51,366 nucleotides of DNA, filler included, from Jimgerdemannia flammicorona (GCA_003990765.1; 2 parts of 2 records of this genome joined end to end with filler, not necessarily neighbours in it), one strand, 5' to 3'. Shown: positions 23,511-35,764, counted from the first letter of the whole stretch. Notes: generated by a model from the letters alone, not told the origin. Made by a program: numbers and translations.

Positions 23511-24260
23511 TATAAAAAAACATTAAATTTATAAAAAAAAAAAACAAATTTATATATTATATTTATAATATAAAAGATATAATATTATCAAAATAATTTT
23601 GGAGATTAATAAAAAGTTATTAAGATTACTAATTTCTACTTTATATATTATTAATAATAAAGAATATTCTTTTAAATAATTAATAGATATAAAGTAGAAT
23701 ATATTGTTTAAATATAAAAATATTATATTTATTTAATATTTTTAAATACTTATATTATTTATAATAATGAGTTTATTAGTTTAATAGTTTTTTTTTAATA
23801 TTATAAAAGATCTGATAATCTCTTATATTTTAAATATAATTTCTTTAATATCCTATAGAAACTAATTAAGATTATATATTTAGATTAATATACCAGTATA
23901 TTATAGATATATTTAAAGAGAAAAAAAAATATAATTTTATTTATTTTTAAAGATATTTCTTTAAGATTTTAATTTAATTATTAAATAAACTATTTTAGTA
24001 TATAATAGTACTGATTTTATAGACTATCTCAGACTATAATATTAAATATTAATACATAGTTAATTCTAATATAATTTAGCTTTATAATATTAATAAAATT
24101 ATAGACTAATTTAACTTAATATTATTGATCTATTTTTAGACTAAAACTATAGTAAGATTAGTGATATTATTAATTAAACTAATATAGAAACTAGTATGTA
24201 TAATTACTATAATATTACTAATATCATAAACTGAAATTAGTATAAAATTATTATAATCTC

Positions 24261-24298
<38 letters not shown>

Positions 24299-24432
24299 AG
24301 ACTTCTGTATTTATTACTAAACCAATCTATACTATTAAAATATATAACAATTAAATCTCCTATCTAATATCTCCTAAGAGTCTCTCTCCCCCCTATCTTT
24401 TACTCTCTCATATTGAAATACTATCTGACTAT

Positions 24433-24620
24433 TGTGATATATGGTATGAAATAGAAACAGGAAATAGACATTTGATCATGGTATCTGAATCTGATTTCTA
24501 ATTTAGTATAATTCTTTACTGTGGACACTGCATCTAAAATATTATCAGTGAAACTCTTATTACTTTTATGAATTTCAGATAGGATTTCACATAAGATTCT
24601 ACCTGAGAATTTCACTATGT
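24433..24620 (+). repeat. Truncated LTR fragment, inverted relative to 22755-22928
   Basis: TGTGATATATGGTATGAAATAGAAACAGGAAATAGACATTTGATC is the reverse complement of the 22880-22928 end. Similarity runs ~180 bp. Confidence 0.75.
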
Positions 24621-25634
24621 TATACTATTAATAATTGCAACCCTCTTATCACTTTTCTTGTAGACCCTCTCTACCAGGTAGTGATAGCAACCCCCTTGAG
24701 ACTCCACCCACACTACCAATCAAATATAATGTCTACCACCAATCTCTGTTATTAATTCTTTTAGTATATAATCTTATTGTTGATATAAATTTGATAATAT
24801 TATATTTAGTGATATCATCATTATGATATTAGAGTATAATTTTATTATAGAAAGATAATTTTAAATAATATTTATATTATCTTAATTAAAATATATTAGT
24901 GATATATTTAAAGTCAAAGAAGATAGATTAAATACTAGCAAATAATAATTTTGGATCAAAAATATATTAGAAAAAAATCTTTTCTAATAATTAATATTAC
25001 TTCAATTTAAATTATATAAAGCCCAGATGCTGCTTTATTATTGGTTAGAATTTGGGTAAATTTTATGCATTTTTAGGCCACAATATATTTTTTAAAAAAA
25101 ATAATAACACATTGGAAAGGTTTTGTCCCTCACTGTATTTACAGCACCTACTTGCTCTCGATAATGCCGATGGCTGGATTCCCGACGCTCTTGATGTCGA
25201 GCCCGCTTGAGAGGATGGCACTCTGAGAGAATATTGTCACCATGCCCTTCTTGAATTCGTCAGTTACATTCTGGGCAGTTCATGGATAGACCAAGTCTCT
25301 TCCCTCAGGACGTTGTAGAATGTGGTAGCATCATGTCTGAAAAAAACAACCAAAAATATCTGGCATAATGGATGATAGAAGGTAGATATAAGAGCTTGGT
25401 AACTGTCCCGATGGTGTGGACAGCATGCATGGGCTACTGAGAGCTTCGTTCCAAGAATACAACATGCGGATATCAAGTCCTAATTATCCTGCCATCTTCC
25501 AATACGTGGAAGCGTTCTCAGCAATACTGTGCACACCATTGGGACGTGTAAAACAGAAAATGTTTCTATCTTCTATACCAAAAAGTAGGTGGAGATGGTG
25601 AATGACAAAGTGGTCTTTCATTGGGAGGGGGTGG

Positions 25635-25734
25635 NNNNNNNNNNNNNNNNNNNNNNNNNNNNNNNNNNNNNNNNNNNNTTAATTAATTAANNNNNNNNNN
25701 NNNNNNNNNNNNNNNNNNNNNNNNNNNNNNNNNN
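25635..25734. other. Assembly gap spacer (44 N + TTAATTAATTAA + 44 N)
   Basis: Exactly 100 bp with an all-frame stop linker; artificial contig join. Confidence 0.97.
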
Positions 25735-25750
25735 AAAAAAAAAAAAAAAA

Positions 25751-27427
25751 AGAGGATATTCAGACTCTCAGTTTTCAGGATTGGGTGGAAAGTTGGAGCC
25801 TTTGTAGATAACATGGTGGTCAGCCTGAGGTCAATCACTGATGTTGAGGAGCTCAAGGAGATAGTGGAGTGGTATAAGGTGCACTCTGGGGCTAAACTCA
25901 ATTGGTACAAGTGTGAAATGATAGTATTAGGCAATGGTCTGGTGAGAGGAGATGACATTGGAACCATTGTTTCTGCTGGGGAGGCAGTATGATACTTGGA
26001 TATCTATCTATCAGTATATAGGTCAGTCCTACTGAGACCTTGGTGAAAGTAGAGGGTTATAATCTAGGGGGAGGTCCTGCAGAGTTGGAGAGGACACCAC
26101 TTGTCTCTGATAGGACATGTTTCGATTTTGAACATCTACTGGCTGCTGAAGCTATGGTATTTGGTATATCACCTGGACTTCTTAGCCTGAGTGGTGAAGA
26201 GATTGATGAAACTGGCCAAGGGGTGGATCTGGGTCAAGAGAAGGAGTCATATCAGCTGAGAGGTCTAGTCTTTACTAGTGACTAGAGGGGGCCTTGAGCT
26301 GGTTGATTTTCTGAAGAGGCTGTACTACCTGAGAGCATGGTGGCTGAAGAGAGTAGTGGAATTGCAAGGGAGTAGCTGGGTTCTCTTGATGCAGAAAGTC
26401 TGGGAGATAAGGTCCTTACCAAGAGGCTCTACAGGAGATCTACTGTCCTTGGTTGGGCTTCAGAACATTGAGCACATGCAGTATAAAGGCTTCTGGTGGG
26501 AGATAGCAGATGGAGTGCACTGCATTGAAATTCGCTGGTGGGGAAATGAAGGGGAAGAGCCTTGGGACCTAGTGATATAGAGATGGGACTGGGTGTTATT
26601 GGGGGGCATCTCCCTGGTTAATTTCAATATTTAAAAGGGTATTGAGTGCCAGAGGGGGCTGGGACAGGATCTATGGCCAAGCAGATGGCAGCTGACAGGT
26701 ATTGGAGAGGAGTGGAACTAGATCAGGGCTTGGGTCTGGAGTGCTAAGGTAAGGCAGTAAATGCTGCTAAAGTACTGAGTGGTCTGGTGGCATATGCTGC
26801 AGAGGAATGTCATGCTCAACTTCCACTTAGGACACTTTGTTGAGAGGAGAAGCTTTAAATATGAGGAGTGCTACAATGTAGGACAGGAAGAGGGATTTGT
26901 AAAGATACCAGAACATTGACTGGGAGAGTATGAGATACTTAGTAACTTTTGGCTAGTAGTTGGGGATTGATTGGGTATCATATATAGGTGAAATGGTAAG
27001 TGGGGTTAGTGGGAGAATTTGAGAGATAGATTGGTGGGGGGAAAAGAATTGGCTTACTTTAGGTTGGATATTGGTAGTTTAGGTGAGGTTGGCAGGTCAC
27101 TAATTGTTTGTTTTTGAGGAAGAGAGGAGTATGGGTTTGGGGGTGAGGCTGTGAGATGACAAGAGCTAATAGAGGACATTATGACAGGCTAGTGGCTTGG
27201 TTGGAGCTTGTAGAGTGGCTGGAGGCATTGCTTGATAGACAAAATCTGTGAGCAAAGTGGGGAGAGAGTTGGAGTAGTGGGTGGTAAAGTAGTCTTCAAA
27301 TATGAAGATATGGAGGAGGGCTCCCCTATGGAGATTGGATAGTGGGAGGAGATACTGTAACTATATTGATAGACTGATAATAAATGATAAAGTCTGAGTG
27401 ACTATAAAAAAAAAAAAAAAAAAAAAA
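25751..27427 (+). mobile_element. LINE C: 3' 1.7 kb of a LINE-B-family copy
   Basis: WKVGAFVDNMVV (FADD decayed) and RGGLELVDFLKRLYYLRAWWLKR are near-identical to LINE B. The 3'UTR matches LINE B. Poly(A) at 27406-27427. Confidence 0.92.
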
Positions 27428-28087
27428 GAGAATATAAGCCTTGCAACTGAACATATAAATGGGCTTAGTTTTGCTTTTAATTCTTTAGAGATAAAATCAT
27501 TATCCCTGAAATGCTTATTGTTATATATTATCAGACTTCTTATTGAGCACTCAAGAAATATATTGATTGCAGATATATACTATCATATTAATGGCTTTGG
27601 CATAATATAAATACTATAATATAGTTGTATTAATCATTGTTTAAGTCATTTTAATGATTATATAGTTAAATTGCTCAGTAAGACCATTTTGCTAGAGTGT
27701 ATAAAAAACTGTTATTTGATGATATATACTGCACTTTTTTAGAAACTGCTTGAATATATTATTGATATATATATAACTATTATCCAATCATATAACATAC
27801 ACTCTATATCCTATTTCATTTCAGTAATTGCTTTGAATTCTTTGAATTTAATTAAGACTTTGTTCTTCACTAATAGAAAATATATATATATCTTATATAT
27901 ATGATCATTGATGAATATAATGAAATATTTCTCCTCAAAGTATGATAATATATATATCAGCCTATATATATCCATATATATAGGGTTAAGAATCTCAGAT
28001 ATATAGTTTAATTATTTCTTAAATAGTTACTGAGAAGCTTTATTTTCTATATATATCTTATAAAAGTTATCCTTCAGATATATATAG

Positions 28088-28526
28088 TGTAATGGTAGAA
28101 CTAAATTTGGAAGAAAGAAATAGGGAATAGACACTTGATCACCACTAGTTCTAAATTAGCATAGCCTTATAGTTAGCAGTCTCTGATTTCAATTATTTCT
28201 AAATATTTCGAAAGATTTAAAATTGATGACCTGATCATTTCAACATTGTTGAAATATTTCAATACTTTTTAAATGACTCATAACTTAGCCACCTACCTCA
28301 TAGCTAGCAAACTTATATAAATAACCCAGTATCTTAGAGTAAATAAACCTCAGATTGAAATAGTTTCAAGTAAAGAGAAAGTAAAGGAACTAGTAAGCCT
28401 ACAGGCAGATATACTTTGAACTTATCCACCTTTATATCCTGAGGACTCTGCAGAGTCAAGGAAGATCAAGTTTTCATGATACAGAAATCCAATATACTTC
28501 CAAGGTTAAGCATCTGCTACATTATA
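28088..28526 (+). repeat. Solo-LTR-like relic related to the 22.5-kb LTR
   Basis: TGTAATG...CATTATA termini. Internal TATATAAATAACCCAGTATCTTAGAGTAAATAAACCTCAG matches the reverse complement of 22630-22670. No convincing TSD. Confidence 0.65.
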
Positions 28527-31500
28527 ATATATTAGTAATCCATTTACCAAGTTACTTCAGATCATACTTCTGAGGCTTGATTTGCTAAAATATCCTAATT
28601 ATTGATATCATATATTAGATATATTAGATATAGTTATTACTTATATTGAGACTTTTACACTATTCAGCATCTTATTGATTATGTAAAGATTGCTATATTT
28701 TGAGACTACTATTAGTTCATTGTTATTTGAATTATATACTATTATATCCTTTGAATATATATATATCTCTTTATTGCTATGAAATATTATCTTGACATTT
28801 TTACTAATTTCTAAAGTATATAGAACATCTAGGAAGATATCAGCAGATTCTATATTATTGTTATAGAGATATATCCCTACATTTTTCTTTTCTTCAGTAT
28901 AGATGACATTGTTATCTTCTAGTTTAATAAGTATAGAGTACTTGAAAGGCTATATATAGAGAACTATTTCCTATATAGCATCATATGTTGTATAACTCTA
29001 GAATCTATTAATCAGATGTCATTGTTATCAGCTATATTTAAAGTATATTCATTAGATATATAGCTGATGTCATTCCTACTTTTCATCAGATAAAAAGTGC
29101 TTTTCTGACCAGAATTAATAGATGATGGGTTGGTGGATTTGATAGTAGTAGAACTACATATAGATATAGATCTTATACTAGCAGAACTAGTAGTATAAAT
29201 ATAGTCATCTATATATATTATTTATATGAAGAATATATTACTATAATTAGTTTTAGTAGTATTTGTATTATTATACTTCTCTTTGCCTATCTCTATATTA
29301 CCAATACTGGCTTATATATTATTGCTTTTTATTACTCTGGTTATTTTCCTAGCAATAATAATGGTATTTCCTATATTCCTACTTACTACAATATTTATAG
29401 TAACTATCATACTTAGTTAATTAGCTTCTATTATATTGACTTTGAGTTTGGGTTTATTAGTCTTGTTGCCTGTACTTTTGATCTCATTTTCCACCACATC
29501 TGCAAGATCTATAGAAGGTATTTTCATCATCATCACTATAGTTTCCTTAGTGTATTTCCTCACTTATGAGGCTCATTATCATATAGATATAGTTCATAAG
29601 TCTACTACTCTTACATATAGCAATAATATCAATATTATATATGTCTGGAAGTTCTCTTATAAGTGCTATTACCTTATCTTTATTATTAATATAATCTATA
29701 GATATACTGAAAGAATTCACTTAATTTATCAGATTATTAACATAGCTATTATATTTGCAAATACTTTTCTTAAGCTTTATTAATAGATTGAATAGCTGAG
29801 ATTTTAGGTGAAATTGATTTAATATAGATTCTTGCAAGTGATAATTGTATAGAGTCTTCTATATCTTGTAAGCCATTACAGCATACATTATAAGCTTTGT
29901 TTATAAATTTGACAATATGAATATAATCTTATATAATGCTCTGTAATTGTTTATAGTATTGTAATCTTGAATTAGTACTTGTGACTTCATATACTCTACT
30001 AAGCTATATTTGTCAAGAAGATTAATTATATAAAATATCTAGATTATATAATCTTTCTCATTGAAGATTGAGATAGACCTCTTGGCTACATTTATACTTA
30101 TAACTAGAAACTGTGTATTCTGTACTTATTGTAATTATATCTATAAGAATGCTCATGATTAGTATATCTATATTACTAGGCTGATCATTATCTGATATTT
30201 CTAGTATAGTATATATTTAAAGAAATGTTTATTTACTATAACTACTTAGTACTAGTAGGACTCATAATCTTTATTTCAAAAGAGATTAATTTTTATTGAA
30301 GTTGCATAGGTTATATATTTCATATATTACTAATGAATAATATAAAACTAATAAAATAGCATAATCAAATATTGATATTTCAAGTTACTATCCCAATAGT
30401 AATTTCTATAAAAATTATCATCAGAAATTTCATCTGATTTATAATTTATTATAGAAGTATTATCTAGTATATATCTTTATTAGAAACACAACTAATTTAT
30501 AATAAAAGAATACTATTAGTTTAGATAAACTATATGTATATATATATAATCTATGAATAAAATATTTTATTATTGATTTGAACTTAATTCTTTAAATAAT
30601 ATATAGATAATTAACCTAATTTCTTATAAGAGTATTCAAAGTTTTGTTCTTAGAAAAAGAAGAAAAATCTTAAAAATAGAGTAATCTGAATATAAAAGAA
30701 GATAAAAGTATAGATGTAGATATAGAAGATATCTATAGATATTAAAATAATTACTAAAGAATAGTCTGAGATATATAGACTATTTTTTAATATAAAATGA
30801 TGCATTAAACAATACTTAATATAGTTACTTTTTATAGTTATTTATATATTTTACTAATTTATATAAATAGTAAGATATATCAAATTGTGATTTTCTGTCT
30901 ACTGATAGAATATTTATCTTCTGAGACAATATCTATTCTTTAAAGAAACAAGAGATTAAATCTTTTATAATTATTTATAATATTACTAAATAGTAACTAG
31001 AGTTAAATAAATAAATCTTGATATAAATCTAAGGTAAAAGGTAAAAGACACATCTATTTATAATTTACTTTAAGAGATATACTTATTGAAAATAACTTAA
31101 TTAAGAAAAGAATTATAATATTTATAAAAAATATCTAGTCAAGACCTATAGTTAAGGAGATTATAAGCTACTATATATCTGATTTTACTCTAGTTTACTT
31201 TCTAAAAGTAAGTTATATATATTTTAAGATATTTTACATTTGATCTACTTACTAGATTAAATTTGAAGATTATTACTAAGTTCTAAATATATAATTCTAT
31301 CTTTTTATAATTATACTTAGATCTATTTAAGATAAACTATTAAATATTTCATTATTTTTTTAAAAAGAAACTAGAGGCTTAAGCAAATTTATATTACTAC
31401 TCTACTTTTGTAATTTATCTCTATTGAGCTAATATATTATACTATATACTAATGATATATTTTTCTTTAAGTTTTCAATTTTTAGATAAGAAAGAATATT

Positions 31501-32354
31501 AATCATTTCACTAGTTATAATGTAGAGGTGAAAAATAAAGCTTCTATTATCTATAAATAGCTTTTAGTATTGATAAGTGATAAGTATTCGAGAGTAAGAT
31601 ATTCTAGATATCTAAATATATATAATAGTTAATATAATCTTTTATATGATATATATTTGATATAAAAGTAACTTAAGACTTATCTAATTCAATAGGCTTT
31701 ATTAATTATATTTAGAGTAGTCTATCTAATTTCTATAAAGTAGTAGAGTAATTAACTATAAATATTTTTCAGAAATTTAGATTTAGTAGTAGAGTTAATA
31801 ATAATTGATCAAATATTAATAGATATAGTTATAAATAATAAAGAATATATTATATATATTATAGATTTTTATATTTATTTATTGTAGTTCTTAGATTTAG
31901 TATATAGTAAGTTTAGTTTATATATTATACTATTCTTTATTAGTAAGATTTTATATTATTAGTTTTAACTATTACAAATTTCTCTAAATTTACATATATA
32001 GTTAAAATTTTATTAAAGAGATATTTAATAATCTTATTATTAATACTATTCAAAAAATTTATCAAATATATAGTCTATTTAGAAGATCTCCATATAAATC
32101 AAAAAGTAATTTAGAAAATTTTAATATTAAATAATAATATCTTTAATATTAAAAATTAAAAAAAAAATCCATAAACTATGAAAAAGATATTATATTTATT
32201 TGTTAATATAAAGAGATACACCAAATAAATTGGCTTATTTATATTACTATTATTTCTATTATGTTTTTTATAATTTTCTTATAATAATATTGTGGCTTAG
32301 TGAATTCGACATACTCTTCACTCTTCATATTCGTAATTGTCGCCGTTGTCACAA

Positions 32355-35187
32355 ATGATACTCTCTTGCAATCGACATACTGGCTTCCCTTTAAGAAAAA
32401 GCTCAAACGTGAGAACCGACCGATGTACTCCTCTAACAATTTCTTATCTACGTTACTTGCGCGAATAGTTTTACATTAACTTGTAACACTTGCTCTATTC
32501 AGAAATTTTCCGAACACCTCTCCCTTTTACCGAAACGCACCACCTTTATCAAAAAGCCCTTTATTGGCCAAGCGCGACCCTTCGCTACGAAGAAGCATTA
32601 CAGCCTGGCCAACATCGAACTGAACTGCCTAATTCGCGGTGACACCCCTGCCGCCAAGCATGTTTTTCCTGTCGAAATTGCAAGGTCCAGACTTGTCGGA
32701 TCCCTCAAGGAGCAGATCATACAAAAGAACCCGGATGTTTTCAAAGGTGTTGGTGTTGCCAGACTCATGCTCTTGGGGGTCTCCATCCCTCTTGACGACA
32801 ACGCCGACATCGTGCTCAGGCAACTTGTGTTTGAAGATAACGAACCCAAGGGCATTCGAAAGTTGCTCCCAGCAAAAAGATTGTCAACATACTTCTCTGA
32901 CAAACTTGCCGACGACCACGTCCACATTATTGCTGAGCCGCCGATTGGTGATTGACAAAAATGCGATACTTCTGATTTTATTTCTTGACCATTCACTCTT
33001 ACTCTTTCTGACGCGTTTCTTCCTCGCTATCAATCTTTGTTCTTTGTGGATAGCATTGGTTCCAGCGCTGGTGGCTCTTCAAGGTATGATTACGTTCGAA
33101 TATCCTTTCTGATTTGTTCAATATCACCATATTTCCGTGCTCTTTTACTTATTACTAGTGCCACTTTCGCTGCCAGTGCCATTAGAACTCGAGAGAAAGA
33201 GAAAGGCCGAAGAATATCGTAGGTAGCCGTTTCCCCTTTACAATTCTATGCACTCTCTAGATATAGCTAACTCGCGCAAATTTCTATTCCCTCAGTTCCG
33301 GAGAAAGGGGAGAAAAAGAAGTTCACTGTCAATGGAGCAATCAGAATGTTTGAAGTGCCTTACGTCTACTATGTGGATCCGGCGGAGAACGAGGAGAACG
33401 AGAGATTCCTGACTAACATCAAGAGTCGTCAATTGCTAATGCTCATGGGTGCGCGGGCATCTGGCAAGTCAACGCGACTATTCCGGCTCAGGTCACAGCT
33501 GGCTAGGGACGGCTATCGTTGTTATTAGTAGGTTGACTCTTTATCATGAATGCACGACGTATATGGTACCATGCACTAATTCGATTGTTGTCTTTATTCT
33601 TCAAATTAGTGTATCACTTGAGGAAATTACCGTCGGTGAAAGTCAAAATTCTTTCTGGACATCTCTAGGCGATGCTCTTCAATCCAACTATGATGAGGAT
33701 GAGCTCAAAGACATTGGGTCTTCGCGTGATTTTCTCAAAGCTTTCATCCGATTTGCCAGGAAAGAGGAAAAAATCGTCCTCTTCATTGACGAATTCGATA
33801 AATTGTATAATGCAACAGAGAATGTTCGCGACGAATGTCTGGAGACTTTCCGGGCAATCAGAAACAACAATGAAATCTACGCGATTCACAGTATCGTTGC
33901 CTGTGGGACTTTCAGCATCCGGCATTTGAACGCGACAAATGCACGTATATCCCCCTTCAACGTCGCTGAGTTCCTCACAAACCCGTACTTCAGCGCGCGG
34001 CAGACGCAGCGCCTCTTCGGTGAATTCGCACGGGACCATAAAATTACAATAGATCAAATTATTGTTGATGATATTTACCTAAACTCGAATGGGTATGTTC
34101 TGCAGCGTAAATGGTATCGCATAGTCAAAATCTCACTAATAATATATTTTTGCTAAACCCTTTTAAAAGGCATCCCGGCATGATTTGCCTCTGTGGGCAT
34201 GCAATTGCCGAAAGCATTCTCACGAAAGTCGACCGCCAAACGAGGAAACTCGCCTACAAAACCTGGCTAGACTTCTCCACCCGCCAGCTGGATGAAAGGA
34301 TTCACTCTTACCTCACCTTTAGAAGGATGGTCGATTCGCTCCAGAGTGAGGAAGCCACCGATGCTGTCACTCTTCTTCGATCTGACTTCATAGGATTTCT
34401 CGGCGACGTTTACATCGATGACGATAAGGAAATAAAGCAAGCTGATTTCCTAACGGCCGAGGGAGTGCTACTGAAACCTGAAATAGACGAAAATCGCTAC
34501 CGTATGGCCTCGGCTCTCGTAGACTCGTTTATCCGGCGACACGTTATTCCTCAGAAGTACCCCAACGCCCCTTCAACGCCTATCCCAAAGCATTACCGAA
34601 CTGGACGCTTGGACATTCTGGAGATCTTGAAGGAATCTCTCAAATTCTTCGACAAAGGCCTCATTGAACTAGCGGAGCTTCGCTCATACAAAACACCATC
34701 GGTGAGAGTGGACTGTAATCGCAATACTCAAGTCCCTCGAGAGAGTGTATACGATACAGAGCTAATGAGGATCTTGATGAACTGGCTTGGCGGGCTGGAA
34801 AAGTACAGGGTCACTGGACAGTGGCATCTTCGCAGCGACGATGGAATAGACAAATACAGCTACATAGTGATCGATAAGCCCAAAAAGGCGACGGTGATTC
34901 TGGAGCTTTTGGCCACCGGAAACTCTAGCTTTATCAAGAAACATATTGACAAGGTGCCTTATTACAAGAATCTTCTCGTCGCAGAGGAGTCCTGGGTCGT
35001 TCACTTCACTCGTGAAGATGGATATCTTGGGCATCCTAACTGGCAGTCCGATGATCAGATTAACGAAGGTGTTAATGTGGTGCACTTCTGGCACGACAAG
35101 AACTTTAAGACTGTGCGGATGAGTGCCCGCTGGAAAGATGTGGAAGGCAATATCCAGAAGATGGACGATCAGCAGTTGGTTCATTGA
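32355..35187 (+). CDS. Crinkler (CRN)-family effector-like protein: CRN N-terminal ubiquitin-like domain + AAA+/P-loop NTPase + PD-(D/E)XK restriction-endonuclease-like domain
   Basis: Manually spliced, phase-consistent GT-AG model: 32355-32408 (tentative), 32503-32947, 33054-33083, 33159-33218, 33296-33527, 33610-34092, 34170-35187. CRN-N motifs IELNCLIRG..VFPVEI..VGSLKEQI..HVHIIAEPP. NLS-like ERKRKAEE. Walker A GARASGKST, Walker B LFIDEFD, SNGHPGM. C-terminal ESVYDTEL..IVI..LELLAT. No internal stops and CpG retained. The start codon and first exon are uncertain. Confidence 0.88.
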
Positions 35188-35661
35188 GGTGTGTGATTCT
35201 CTAGCCAGGTGGTTCTACGATTGCTTCTATTGTTTTGTATTGTCCTAATCTATTTTGACGACAAAAATATAGGTTTTGTGTTGCTGGGCCGAACAAGTTG
35301 GCGATTACCAGATGTGGGTTGAAAGTGATGAGTTTCTAGTGATCTGGCAGATCTGAATGCAATTTTTTGCTTCCGCCAGTTGTATTTTCAGTTTGAGCCT
35401 TTCAGTTGTAGTATTGACAAAAACGTCGTGGATCGTGGTTCGCGAACCAAAAAAAAACTCCCTTTTCCCAAATTCTCTTATATACATGTTGGGATCATAT
35501 AATAATGTTGTAGATTTTAACGTGGTGGAAACGGGAAGAGGAAGAGCATTGTTTATTGATTCGTTGGAATCAGTTACGTAACTCAAGTGACGTAACTCGA
35601 GTGACGTAGCCATACAAGCCATAAATTATCAAGAACACTCCTGCTCAATGAGAAAATATGT

Positions 35662-35764
35662 CCCCCCTAGGGGGATCGGATAGGGGGTGGGATCACTGTA
35701 TTTATATGGGATAGATGGGTATTAATAAAGGAACGGAGTCCAAGTGACTATAAAAAAAAAAAAA
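35662..35764 (+). mobile_element. ~100-bp 5'-truncated LINE insertion (3'UTR tip + poly(A))
   Basis: Perfect 15-bp TSD AATGAGAAAATATGT (35647-35661 and 35765-35779). The body resembles the LINE B/C 3' ends (..AATAAA..AGTCCAAGTGACTAT-An). Confidence 0.9.

Noticed and set aside
24264..24291. (AT)n microsatellite
   Set aside because: Ordinary simple repeat in AT-rich DNA.
24636..24760. C-rich patch resembling the 3' end of a minus-strand LINE ORF2
   Set aside because: Too short and diverged to support a feature call by eye.
25679..25690. Palindrome TTAATTAATTAA between N runs
   Set aside because: Artificial all-frame-stop linker in a 100-bp scaffold gap; not biological.
28895..28925. IDDIVIF resembling an RT YxDD motif on the plus strand
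   Set aside because: No flanking RT motifs in frame; probably chance in decayed AT-rich DNA.
29436..29783. Hydrophobic 115-aa ORF resembling a membrane or secreted protein
   Set aside because: Ile/Leu/Phe/Tyr richness is expected from AT-rich decayed DNA, and it has a TTG start.
32598..35184. Minus-strand ORFs overlapping the CRN gene (possible antitoxin)
   Set aside because: Short antisense frames are expected opposite a GC-balanced CDS; no motifs support them.
35305..35622. 105-aa minus-strand ORF convergent with the CRN gene
   Set aside because: No recognisable domain or splice support, so not called as a gene.
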